IMG/VR virus record: IMGVR_UViG_2643221936_000002
Location: 1,699 to 65,698 of that record
Direction: 5' to 3' (one strand)
DNA from: a virus
Lineage: Duplodnaviria > Caudoviricetes
DNA: 64,000 bases
This document shows, one piece after another, positions 56,295 through 64,000 of this stretch; position 1 is the stretch's first letter, and each line of letters starts with the position of its first letter. The position numbers and the translations under genes are program-made. Under the pieces are notes generated by a model, which was not told where the DNA came from, ran no database searches, and saw only the letters and a program-made list of their open reading frames with translations.

Positions 56295-58475
56295 ATGTCC
56301 GGCATACGTCTCAACGACAAAATTCCGTCTGCGACTGTCGACAGCTTGGTCGGCCTGCGTGAAACGCCGACTAGCCGCGTCACGCCGATCACTGTCGATA
56401 ATCTTTCTGAGCAGATGCTCGCAGGGAAAATCGGTACCGAGATCGATAAGGCAGCAACGGCGGCGTCGGCCGGTATCCGGTCGGCAAAAACATGGGCAGA
56501 GCTCGCCGCTGTCGCCGGTTCTGCCGCTTTGCAAAAGGGCGAGGTGACGGATGATGCAGGCACTCACACCGATCCGGTTGTCGGTGGGAGTGTGCCGAAC
56601 AAGGGTATTTTCAGCTGGTCGGTCTCACCAGCCGGGTGGAAACGCACAGGTGAATACATCGACGTTCGCGCGAACACCGTTTCAGGCGCTGGCATCGCCA
56701 CCGGCAACACGCCGGTCGGGGACAACCCTGTCATCACCGTTCCCAAAGCCACGAGCACGACCGTTCGCGACAATCAGAACGATACCGACGCTGTCACGCC
56801 AAGCATGATGGACGTCGGACTGGAAGCGGATTTTGGTGATCGGGTTCTCGACGAGGATTTTGCAGCAGTCCTGCTTCGCGACGGGACCGGTGTACCGATC
56901 ATTGCATCGAACTATGACGGGACTGCCTACATCCGCTCCACCTTCGAGTTCACGGACGCCGAGTACGAGTCCGTTGAAGTAGACGACAACATGGTCATCC
57001 AGCGAGCCAAGCGGTGGGGCTCGAACAAGTGGGAGAACGGCCCGTTCAAGGACTTGCCCGCCCGCTTTGATGGCGCGTCCGCGACCATCGACGCCGGCAA
57101 TGTCGTTGCGCTATTGGATCGAGAGATCAAGGCGACGTTCAACGACGTCAGCCCGAGAGACCCCAAGGTCGTCGATAGCGACCTCGTCTATAAAACCGTC
57201 ACCGGCGGGCTGGTCAGCACGGTGAAGGAGGATCTGCTGGCGAAGAATTCGCTGGCGGCCGGTACCACGAAGATGAACGCCATCTATGGTGTCGGCCAGT
57301 CAACGGGCATCGGTCGCGAATGCTTTCCGCTTCTAAGTACGACAGCGCTCAACCCCGGCCGGTCCCTTATGCACAAGGGCTGCGGGATGCGCGTCACGGG
57401 CACGGTGCAAACCAGCTCATACGTGAACACGCCGGTCGCCAAGAGCGACCTCGTGGAGTGGGTCGATGCATTTGAGCGCCTCGACAGCATCAGCGGTGAA
57501 ACGCCTTTCTCGGCTATGGGCAACCGTCTTGTGACATCAGGCGCCTTCGCCTCGACCGAAGCCTTCCTGTTCACGACGGTCGGCGTTGGTGGCACCGGCT
57601 ATATGCAGAACAAGAAGGGTACCGTGCCCTATGCAAATCTGCTTGCCGCCATCAAACGCGACTGGATCATGTGCCAGGCGCTTGGAATTCCGATGGAAGT
57701 CTCGATCGACGTGTTCTTCGGACAGAACGATCGAGGTGCGGCGGCCGGCGTCGTCAAGGGCTACCTGGTGCAGTGGCAGTCTGATCTGACTGCTGATGTG
57801 CAGGCCATCATCCCCGGCCATGGCCAGGTTGTCTTCTACGTTTCGTCGCTGGCAAACTGGACCGCGCCGACCTATGCGGACGCATTCTCGTTTGTTCCCG
57901 GCGATATCGCCCAAGCTGCTCGCGAGAACCCGACGAAGATCGTTTATGCCGGCTCGGAATACATCATGCCGACGGCTGCGGACGGTGTGCATTTCACCAA
58001 TGTCGGAAGTTACATGGCGGGCGATATGCACGCCGGTGCGCGCATCCGGCATAAGGCTGGTCAGGCGTCCTGCTTCAAAGCTGCCTCGGCAACTCGGTCC
58101 GGAGCGACGCTCACGCTCACGTGCAATGTGCCTGTCGGCCCGATCGTGCGAGATGCCGTCAACGTAACGCCGCCTGATGCAGATGCCGGCATCATTGCCG
58201 GGGTGAAAGACGGCTTTCGCTACTACAATCCGGCGGCGCCAACCACGATCAGCTCCATCGCGATTTTGGGTAGCGACCTCATCTTCACGCTGGCAAGCAA
58301 CCCGGGATCGCTCACCGCGAACGAACGGCTTTTCATGGGCTGTGATGGCGCCGCCGGCGCAAACGGCGGGCCGACCACAGGCCCACGCATCTGCTACCGC
58401 GACAGTGATGCAGGAACCCACCCCTACGGCAACCGGCGCAACTGGCTGGCGGCGGACATCATTACTCCCACCTGA
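56295..58475 (+). CDS. Tail fibre/spike with SGNH (O-acetylesterase-like) domain
   Basis: GVGQST, VGVGGT, FFGQND and DGVHF blocks. Confidence 0.75.
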   Translation: MSGIRLNDKIPSATVDSLVGLRETPTSRVTPITVDNLSEQMLAGKIGTEIDKAATAASAGIRSAKTWAELAAVAGSAALQKGEVTDDAGTHTDPVVGGSVPNKGIFSWSVSPAGWKRTGEYIDVRANTVSGAGIATGNTPVGDNPVITVPKATSTTVRDNQNDTDAVTPSMMDVGLEADFGDRVLDEDFAAVLLRDGTGVPIIASNYDGTAYIRSTFEFTDAEYESVEVDDNMVIQRAKRWGSNKWENGPFKDLPARFDGASATIDAGNVVALLDREIKATFNDVSPRDPKVVDSDLVYKTVTGGLVSTVKEDLLAKNSLAAGTTKMNAIYGVGQSTGIGRECFPLLSTTALNPGRSLMHKGCGMRVTGTVQTSSYVNTPVAKSDLVEWVDAFERLDSISGETPFSAMGNRLVTSGAFASTEAFLFTTVGVGGTGYMQNKKGTVPYANLLAAIKRDWIMCQALGIPMEVSIDVFFGQNDRGAAAGVVKGYLVQWQSDLTADVQAIIPGHGQVVFYVSSLANWTAPTYADAFSFVPGDIAQAARENPTKIVYAGSEYIMPTAADGVHFTNVGSYMAGDMHAGARIRHKAGQASCFKAASATRSGATLTLTCNVPVGPIVRDAVNVTPPDADAGIIAGVKDGFRYYNPAAPTTISSIAILGSDLIFTLASNPGSLTANERLFMGCDGAAGANGGPTTGPRICYRDSDAGTHPYGNRRNWLAADIITPT

Positions 58476-58492
58476 TCGAAGGAACCGAACAC

Positions 58493-59290
58493 ATGGCTCA
58501 AAGAGGGCTGATCATCAACGGCTTGCGGACTTCGGGCGCAGAGTCAGCCAAGCGCATCATCATGACCCCGTTCGACAAGGCAAACGCTGCGGTGCCCGGC
58601 CTCGGTTATGACCTCGACGGTTCGCGGTTGAAGGATCAGGGCTCGCCGTACATTGGTCGCGCTCGGGGTGCCGACGCACTGCTGGCGGCCTATGGCACCG
58701 GCTGGTCTATTGTCAGTCCATCGTTGATCAACGGCAAGACCGCTCTTCGCCTGAACGGTGGCGTCGGTCATCGTATGGTCTTGTCGAAGGGACTGACTAC
58801 CAAGTCCTTCACGATCCTTATGGTTGCGACGATCGGGCCGGAAATCCGGGACAGTGCGCCGGCTAATACGATCGAGCTGTTCTCGATCTACAGCGGCGCT
58901 ACCGCGATTGTCCGCGCCCGGTTTGCAGTCACGACGGGCAACCTGTCATTCTCGACAACGGCTTCGCTCGGAGCGGCTACTGTCGCGAAGGCAAGTCTCC
59001 CCGCGTCCAATACGCCGGCGATCTTCGCGTTTTGCCGCGACGATGCCGACGGCACAATGACGATCAGCATCAACGGCGTCACCCTGGCAACAGGGACGGA
59101 TCCAATGTCGCCCGATGTCAGCGAGGACAAGGTCATCAACCTTGGCGGTGTCGATGCGATCTCGGCCAACCGCAGCTACTACGGCGACATACTGCATTTC
59201 ATCCCGATGGAAGGCCACCTCATCCGGAAGTACCCGGCGCTCTTCAATCGCATCATCACCACAGGCAAGGCCGAATTCGGTATCGCCTAA
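58493..59290 (+). CDS. LamG/concanavalin-like tail-associated protein
   Basis: INGKTALRLNG, FTILMV, ISINGV, INLGG....YYGDI. Confidence 0.6.
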   Translation: MAQRGLIINGLRTSGAESAKRIIMTPFDKANAAVPGLGYDLDGSRLKDQGSPYIGRARGADALLAAYGTGWSIVSPSLINGKTALRLNGGVGHRMVLSKGLTTKSFTILMVATIGPEIRDSAPANTIELFSIYSGATAIVRARFAVTTGNLSFSTTASLGAATVAKASLPASNTPAIFAFCRDDADGTMTISINGVTLATGTDPMSPDVSEDKVINLGGVDAISANRSYYGDILHFIPMEGHLIRKYPALFNRIITTGKAEFGIA

Positions 59291-59304
59291 CTGAGGAGGA
59301 AATC

Positions 59305-59508
59305 ATGGAAGACGAAAAGCGGGAAATCAGCGAGGGCTCCCAGGTCGTCCTTCGCACAGGTGGCGTGGCCATGGACGTCGAGAAAGTCGTAAAGGGCATC
59401 GCACATTGCTTCTGGGAGAACCGGGCTGGTGAGCGCGTTGACGCGAGGCATCTGGTTGCCGATCTCGACATTTATGACGGTACCAATGGAATGCCGGAAG
59501 CTGTCTGA
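59305..59508 (+). CDS. YodC/DUF2158-like protein
   Basis: GSQVVLRTGGVAMDV......HCFW; GAGGAGG RBS. Confidence 0.75.
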   Translation: MEDEKREISEGSQVVLRTGGVAMDVEKVVKGIAHCFWENRAGERVDARHLVADLDIYDGTNGMPEAV

Positions 59509-59524
59509 GGTGTTCGGAAGAAGG

Positions 59525-59610
59525 CCGGGGCGAGACCTGATCTCCATAGGGAGCTCGTATCACCAGGTCTCTCACTGCCCTGAGGAATTAATCCTACGCA
59601 GTACAGCTGC
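59525..59610 (-). ncRNA. Candidate sRNA 2 (EcfG-type promoter)
   Basis: Follows GGAAC-N16-CGTT; shares AGCTGWACTG..GGAT..CCTCAGGGCAGYGA with candidate sRNA 1; 3' hairpin 59532-59571. Confidence 0.5.
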
Positions 59611-59616
59611 GAACAA

Positions 59617-59641
59617 AACGCGATGGTAACGTCAAAGTTCC
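59617..59641 (-). promoter_or_regulatory. EcfG/RpoE2-type promoter (perfect consensus)
   Basis: GGAAC-TTTGACGTTACCATCG-CGTT. Confidence 0.7.
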
Positions 59642-59691
59642 GTAGCTTGAAGAACCCTGCCGATGCGGGCGCACCGGTCATTCACCCGGCC

Positions 59692-59805
59692 TTAAATCAG
59701 AACTAGAAGTGGCAACGACACGATCATCAGTGTCATCGCGACACCGGTGGTCAATCGCACAGCCTTCAACAATCGGCTCCGCCGGCCATCCCAATCGTAA
59801 GTCAT
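59692..59805 (-). CDS. Small single-TM protein, 37 aa (not in ORF track)
   Basis: MTYDWDGRRSRLLKAVRLTTGVAMTLMIVSLPLLVLI*; AGGGGG RBS; resembles rhizobial MxYDWxG small proteins. Confidence 0.6.
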   Translation of the reverse strand: MTYDWDGRRSRLLKAVRLTTGVAMTLMIVSLPLLVLI

Positions 59806-59867
59806 TCATACCCCCTGGTTGCGCGAGTATCTGGTACCAGATCGGTAAACTTCAACCCGTGAAACAT

Positions 59868-59942
59868 GGAAAAGCCCGACCGTCTTGGGGAGCGGCCGGG
59901 CCCTTTCGCTGCCCTGAGGTTTGGATCCGAACAGTTCAGCTA
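59868..59942 (-). ncRNA. Candidate sRNA 1 (EcfG-type promoter, terminator with CUCCCC loop)
   Basis: GCCCGGCCG-CUCCCCAAGA-CGGUCGGGC-UUUU terminator; no ORF in between. Confidence 0.6.
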
Positions 59943-59948
59943 ATCCTC

Positions 59949-59973
59949 AACCTATCGTCCTCCTTAAAGTTCC
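59949..59973 (-). promoter_or_regulatory. EcfG/RpoE2-type promoter
   Basis: GGAAC-TTTAAGGAGGACGATA-GGTT. Confidence 0.65.
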
Positions 59974-59994
59974 TCAACACCAAAGGATATCACC

Positions 59995-60735
59995 ATGGCA
60001 AATCGCGAGCGAACCACGCTTGGGGTCGTGCACGTCACTGCCACGCCTCCGGGCTGGGACAAGGGCGCCGCCGGCATCCGGGCAATCCATAAGGCTCAGG
60101 GCTGGTCCGATATCGGCTATAACGAGATCATCAATCCGGACGGCCGGGCCGAGATGGGCCGGGGCAAGATGGCGATCGGCGCACACGTCGCAGGCTTCAA
60201 CTCGATCTCCTACGGCCTGTCGATGGTCGGCGGCGTCGACGCCAAGAACCGACCAGCCTTCAACACGATCAAGGATGCGCAGCTTGAAACGCTTGAAAAG
60301 CGCATGCGCGATCTGACGATCGATTTCCCCGAGATCAAATGGTGCGGCCATCGCGATTTGAGCCCCGACAAGAACGGCAACGGCGTGATCGAGCCGTTCG
60401 AGCACATGAAGGCCTGTCCGACCTTCGATGTCATTCCTTGGGCGGCTGAACGCGGCCTGCCGGTGGCGGACATCAAGGGCACCTGGAAGCCGATCGTGCT
60501 GGAGCCGGAGAGCGATCGTGTCTACGACGGCCCGGATACCCGCACGGCTTACCTGCAGCGCCTGCTGACGCGCGGCGGCTATGTGCTGGGACCGATTGAC
60601 GGCATCGCGGGAAAGAAAACCCGCACGGCCGTGAAGGCATTCCAGTTCGCGTCCGGCCTCGACCAGACCGGCGACTTCGATGCGCCGACGGTCGCGCGCC
60701 TCCGCTCCATCTTCGAAACCAAGGCTGCGGCCTGA
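59995..60735 (+). CDS. Endolysin: N-acetylmuramoyl-L-alanine amidase plus PG-binding domain
   Basis: VVHVTAT, GWSDIGY, IGAHV, GHRDLSPD, KACP; LQRLL..GY..GPIDGIAGKKTRTAVKAFQ. Confidence 0.92.
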   Translation: MANRERTTLGVVHVTATPPGWDKGAAGIRAIHKAQGWSDIGYNEIINPDGRAEMGRGKMAIGAHVAGFNSISYGLSMVGGVDAKNRPAFNTIKDAQLETLEKRMRDLTIDFPEIKWCGHRDLSPDKNGNGVIEPFEHMKACPTFDVIPWAAERGLPVADIKGTWKPIVLEPESDRVYDGPDTRTAYLQRLLTRGGYVLGPIDGIAGKKTRTAVKAFQFASGLDQTGDFDAPTVARLRSIFETKAAA

Positions 60736-60746
60736 AAGGAACAATC

Positions 60747-61031
60747 ATGGACAGCAGCACATATCGCGAGCGGGCAGGGGTACTTGTTTCTGCTCTTGTC
60801 GTTATCGCTCTTATTCTGGTGGGGCCGAGCCAGATGATCGCGCAACTCCTCACGGGGCAGACGGTCGCGTTTGACAATACGTGGGTTGTGACGATCGCCG
60901 GCCTGGCTGGCACGGCCTTCGGCTTTCTGATCGGCAAGCAGTCCAGCAACCAGCCGGCCACGACGACGATCACGTCTACTCCGGCCACGGTCACGACGGC
61001 CGTTACCGGCGAGCCGAAGGATGGCGGCTAA
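60747..61031 (+). CDS. Two-TM holin-like protein
   Basis: Two hydrophobic helices, GTAFGFLIG; follows the endolysin. Confidence 0.6.
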   Translation: MDSSTYRERAGVLVSALVVIALILVGPSQMIAQLLTGQTVAFDNTWVVTIAGLAGTAFGFLIGKQSSNQPATTTITSTPATVTTAVTGEPKDGG

Positions 61032-61486
61032 TGGACGGCTCCAGCTACACCGGGCCGGGCATCTGGATCCGTATCCAGCACCGGTTCGGCCCGCGCATGA
61101 CTGAATGGATATGGGCGGTGATCATGACCGCCTGGGGCGTATCGCTGCTTCTGCCAGATCCGGTTTTCGATCAAAGGGCTTTTGCATTCTTCCGGCAGTT
61201 CTTCGAGGAGGACACACTCGGCTGGCTGATGGTCGTCGTCGGGCTGCTGCGCATCATCGGTCTTGTGATCAACGGCGCCCGGAAGAACGTCACGCCGTGG
61301 ATCCGCGTTTTCTCCGCCGGCGTCGGCTTCCTCGTCTTTGGCGGCATCAACTACTGCTTTGCTTCATCCGGCGTCATCAGCACGTGGATTGCGATCTATC
61401 CCATGCTTGCACTTGTCGAGCTCCTGAATGCCTACCGCGCAGCGCATGACGCCGGAGAGAATTATGCAGTTTCAGGATATCGGTAA
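61031..61486 (+). CDS. Four-TM membrane protein in the lysis cassette
   Basis: RMTEW...GLLRIIGLVING...TPWIR; TAATG coupling. Confidence 0.7.
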   Translation: MDGSSYTGPGIWIRIQHRFGPRMTEWIWAVIMTAWGVSLLLPDPVFDQRAFAFFRQFFEEDTLGWLMVVVGLLRIIGLVINGARKNVTPWIRVFSAGVGFLVFGGINYCFASSGVISTWIAIYPMLALVELLNAYRAAHDAGENYAVSGYR

Positions 61487-61796
61487 CCTGCCTCCGCTCG
61501 CCATCATTGCATTCGGCATCAGCCTTGGAATTCTGTACTTTGTAACCAAGGGCGGCTTTTCCAGTGGTCAGAAGACCACGCCAGCCAATGATGTATCCAC
61601 GGCTCAGGTCGCGGCTGTGATCGTCGATCCTTCCGCACTAAACCGGGGCACTGCTGCGATTGAAGCTCTCAACGTCACCCTCATGGAAACGAACGCGATT
61701 GGTCGAGAGCACGCCAAATCAAACGGCGCGCTCGCCGAAGAGCTGGACCGCGTTCGGGAAGAGCTGCGCATACAGCGCGAAATCAACCGTCGCTGA
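61464..61796 (+). CDS. Single-TM coiled-coil protein in the lysis cassette
   Basis: GGAG RBS; N-terminal TM and C-terminal helix. Confidence 0.65.
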   Translation: MQFQDIGNLPPLAIIAFGISLGILYFVTKGGFSSGQKTTPANDVSTAQVAAVIVDPSALNRGTAAIEALNVTLMETNAIGREHAKSNGALAEELDRVREELRIQREINRR

Positions 61797-61810
61797 CCGA
61801 AGGAATCATC

Positions 61811-63118
61811 ATGCTTGGTCTCAATCTTGGCCTCAACCTCGGCAGTGCTGCCCTACGGGCGGGAGCGGGGGTGCCTTGGCTCACGCCCTCGACGATCGTT
61901 GCCGAGCCCGGTTCCGGAGTGAACGGCGTCAACCAGTGGAGATGCAACGATATATCGGCCGCTGGCGGTGTGATGACTATCGATCCGACGGTTACTCGCA
62001 GACCCGGCGTGTCCACTCTGAAAATCGATGCATCAGCAGCCACAGCGGAAGGCGTTGCCTATTTCAAGACCTTCCGGCACGCAATCCCCGTTACTGCACT
62101 GACCGGCGCTGTAGAGATGATCGCCAAAATACCTGTAACAAGTGCAGGCGGCATATCGATCACTCCACGAGTATCCTCTGACGTGGTGGCAAACCCGCCA
62201 ACCGCTGCGGTGGTAAATAAGGTGGATCAGGGATTTACCCCTGACAAGCGGCAGGCCGGGGACTGGACAAGCCTGTATTGGCATCCGGACGGAAAGTTGT
62301 TCAGCTCCGCGCACCCCAACGGGATAGCCACGACATTTGGCGGTACGTTGGACCGGGGGAATATCCGGGAAGTAGAGTTCGAACTGAGCATATCCGCCGC
62401 GACGCCACTGGCCGAGCGATATATCCATCTGGACTGCTTCGCGCTGAATGGTCGCTCGCGACCCGCTGTGGTCTTCGGCTTCGACGGGTTTGGTGATGCG
62501 TCTCATGAGAGCATCGTTCTTCCACTCTGCCAGAGCCTCAACCTGCGAGGATACATCGCAGGCGATGGCAATGCCGCCGCCGCCAATGTCTCGAAGCTTT
62601 TGACCTTCCAAAGTGCTGGCTGGCCGATCGTTTCCCAAGGCATGAACCATACGGACTACGCGCTCAATCCGGCTCAACTGTCTCCCGACTTCGACGAGGC
62701 AAGCGGCATTCTGGAGGGACTGAACCTTGACAGCGCCTTGGAGTTTTTCGCGTATCCCTACAATTCCCGCTCGCTCGCCACGGATGCGACGCTGCTTGCC
62801 AAGGGGGTGAAGTGGGCTCGCACAATCGGCGGCAACAGGTTCCCGGCGACATCCATATTCAAGCCTAACACGCTTATGATCGGCGCGCTGGATATCGGCC
62901 AGAAGACATTTGCTCAGGTTAAAGCCTGGATCGACGATGCAATATTGGCAGGATACACGCTGGTCCTCTACGGCCATACTATCGCTACAACGGCATCGAC
63001 AAGCCTCATCACCGCGACGGCCGAGTTCACCGCAATCATGAACTACATCGCTTCCCTGCGGGACGCGGGGCAGATCGAAGTTCTGACGCCGGTCCAGCAT
63101 GCGCGGCGGGCGGCCTAG
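61811..63118 (+). CDS. Probable head fibre: (G-L)n-type N-terminus plus C-terminal CE4/NodB-like polysaccharide deacetylase domain
   Basis: MLGLNLGLNLG start; VVFGFDG, GWPIVSQGMNH, FAYPYN, LVLYGH. Confidence 0.7.
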   Translation: MLGLNLGLNLGSAALRAGAGVPWLTPSTIVAEPGSGVNGVNQWRCNDISAAGGVMTIDPTVTRRPGVSTLKIDASAATAEGVAYFKTFRHAIPVTALTGAVEMIAKIPVTSAGGISITPRVSSDVVANPPTAAVVNKVDQGFTPDKRQAGDWTSLYWHPDGKLFSSAHPNGIATTFGGTLDRGNIREVEFELSISAATPLAERYIHLDCFALNGRSRPAVVFGFDGFGDASHESIVLPLCQSLNLRGYIAGDGNAAAANVSKLLTFQSAGWPIVSQGMNHTDYALNPAQLSPDFDEASGILEGLNLDSALEFFAYPYNSRSLATDATLLAKGVKWARTIGGNRFPATSIFKPNTLMIGALDIGQKTFAQVKAWIDDAILAGYTLVLYGHTIATTASTSLITATAEFTAIMNYIASLRDAGQIEVLTPVQHARRAA

Positions 63119-63133
63119 CCCCGCTCCCCGCCA

Positions 63134-63484
63134 TCAAGCGCGATCACATAGAAGCTTGCGGGCATGCCGCGCTGCTTGATCGAGGCGGATGCGGTCTTTT
63201 CCTTGACCCAGTTCATATCGATACGTGGCAAGCGAAAAACTGGAGAATTCGGAAACAGCTGTCATCTTTGTCGTTCGTGTAACTTCGAATTCAACAACCA
63301 GACTGTCGTCCACCAGCACCGTATAAAGGTCCTCACCTTGTTCCGGTATGTGCCTCAAAATCTGAAAAACAAAACCGCGCACGCCGTGCTCAGACATGAG
63401 AGCGACTAACTCGGCATCGCTCATCTCCCGGTCTGGCTGCAAAACGTAGGTGCTATACCTGTCATTGAGACGCTGCGGTGACAT
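63134..63484 (-). CDS. Hypothetical moron protein
   Basis: GAGGG RBS, 116 aa. Confidence 0.6.
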   Translation of the reverse strand: MSPQRLNDRYSTYVLQPDREMSDAELVALMSEHGVRGFVFQILRHIPEQGEDLYTVLVDDSLVVEFEVTRTTKMTAVSEFSSFSLATYRYELGQGKDRIRLDQAARHARKLLCDRA

Positions 63485-63586
63485 ATCGTTCCCTCGGTGT
63501 AGCGAAGAACTTGCAGCATTCAGTTCGCGACGACAACGAGAAGTTTTTCAACACTATCGGCCAGAAGCTGCCCCATCACCTGTAGA

Positions 63587-63985
63587 TCATCTAAGTGTGG
63601 CGCAGCCTAGCTCCTCGAACTCGGACGATAGCCACTCAACGTCATCCCGATGAAGATCGATAACATTCATTGCTTCGCCGAACGTGTTTCCCAAAACAAA
63701 CCCTGGCTCACCCTCCACAGAGAGTGCAGCCGGCCATTGCTTGACAGTTTCCGGTGGGAGTTTTCCGCTGTTACGTGCCTCAACAAATGATCGGCCAGAG
63801 TCCATTGCAACTTTGAACAGAGCGGTCCTATCGTCTTCATCGAGACTACCCGCTGCGCCTGCTATAAGGGCGCACTGAAACGCCGCCCAGCTTTTATGCC
63901 CGATCCTAATAAACTCTTCCGGCGTTTGGGCGTAAGCCGTCGTTGCCGAGGATATAAGACCAATCGCCAGTAAAAGATTTCTCAT
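63587..63985 (-). CDS. Secreted hypothetical moron protein
   Basis: Signal peptide MRNLLLAIGLISSATTAYA; two Cys. Confidence 0.65.
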   Translation of the reverse strand: MRNLLLAIGLISSATTAYAQTPEEFIRIGHKSWAAFQCALIAGAAGSLDEDDRTALFKVAMDSGRSFVEARNSGKLPPETVKQWPAALSVEGEPGFVLGNTFGEAMNVIDLHRDDVEWLSSEFEELGCATLR

Positions 63986-64000
63986 TTTGATCTCTTGCAT

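Larger units (their letters stand above)
20860..64000. mobile_element. Temperate siphovirus-type prophage (HK97-like head); right end not seen
   Basis: Ordered modules: integrase, immunity, replication, antitermination, packaging, head, tail, lysis. Confidence 0.95.

Noticed and set aside
62033-63100. 355-aa antisense ORF
   Set aside because: Shadow of the CE4-domain gene.
52761-63118. Diversity-generating retroelement or tail-fibre shufflon
   Set aside because: No reverse transcriptase, no TR/VR pair and no inverted fibre cassettes seen.
1-64000. CRISPR array, rRNA, or genome-wide stop-codon reassignment
   Set aside because: No regularly spaced repeats or rRNA seen. TGA, TAG and TAA all end normal genes, so the two in-frame stops are local events.

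Overview
Alphaproteobacterial-type (probably Rhizobiaceae) accessory DNA made of two adjacent mobile elements. (1) 1-~20.9 kb: the left end of an IS66 (its terminal 103 bp occur twice) cuts into a tyrosine integrase. The rest looks like an integrative/mobilisable element: HUH rolling-circle Rep, Mob/Pre relaxase broken by an in-frame TAG, serine resolvase, and defence-type cargo (type III R-M, a DUF4747-like + membrane gene pair, a lone TIR protein). (2) ~20.86 kb to beyond 64 kb: a near-complete HK97-head, long-tailed prophage. It has a large serine integrase, an Arc/antirepressor module, a cI/cro switch, a DUF1376 initiator with a primase-helicase, a NusG-like antiterminator, HNH, terminase, portal, protease, capsid, tail, lysis genes and morons. 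Most unusual signals: (a) the divergent cI and cro both start with the identical 15 nt ATGGAAAACGAACTC, so the 92-bp operator region sits between perfect inverted repeats (candidate invertible or co-regulated switch); (b) five EcfG/RpoE2-type promoters and one RpoH-type promoter drive unannotated small proteins and two paralogous candidate sRNAs; (c) an RcGTA-type head-spike base gene is paired with a distant MLGLNLGLNLG fibre that ends in a degenerate CE4 deacetylase domain; (d) a UGA sits exactly on a conserved Cys of a moron. All family calls come from motif recognition by eye, not database searches.
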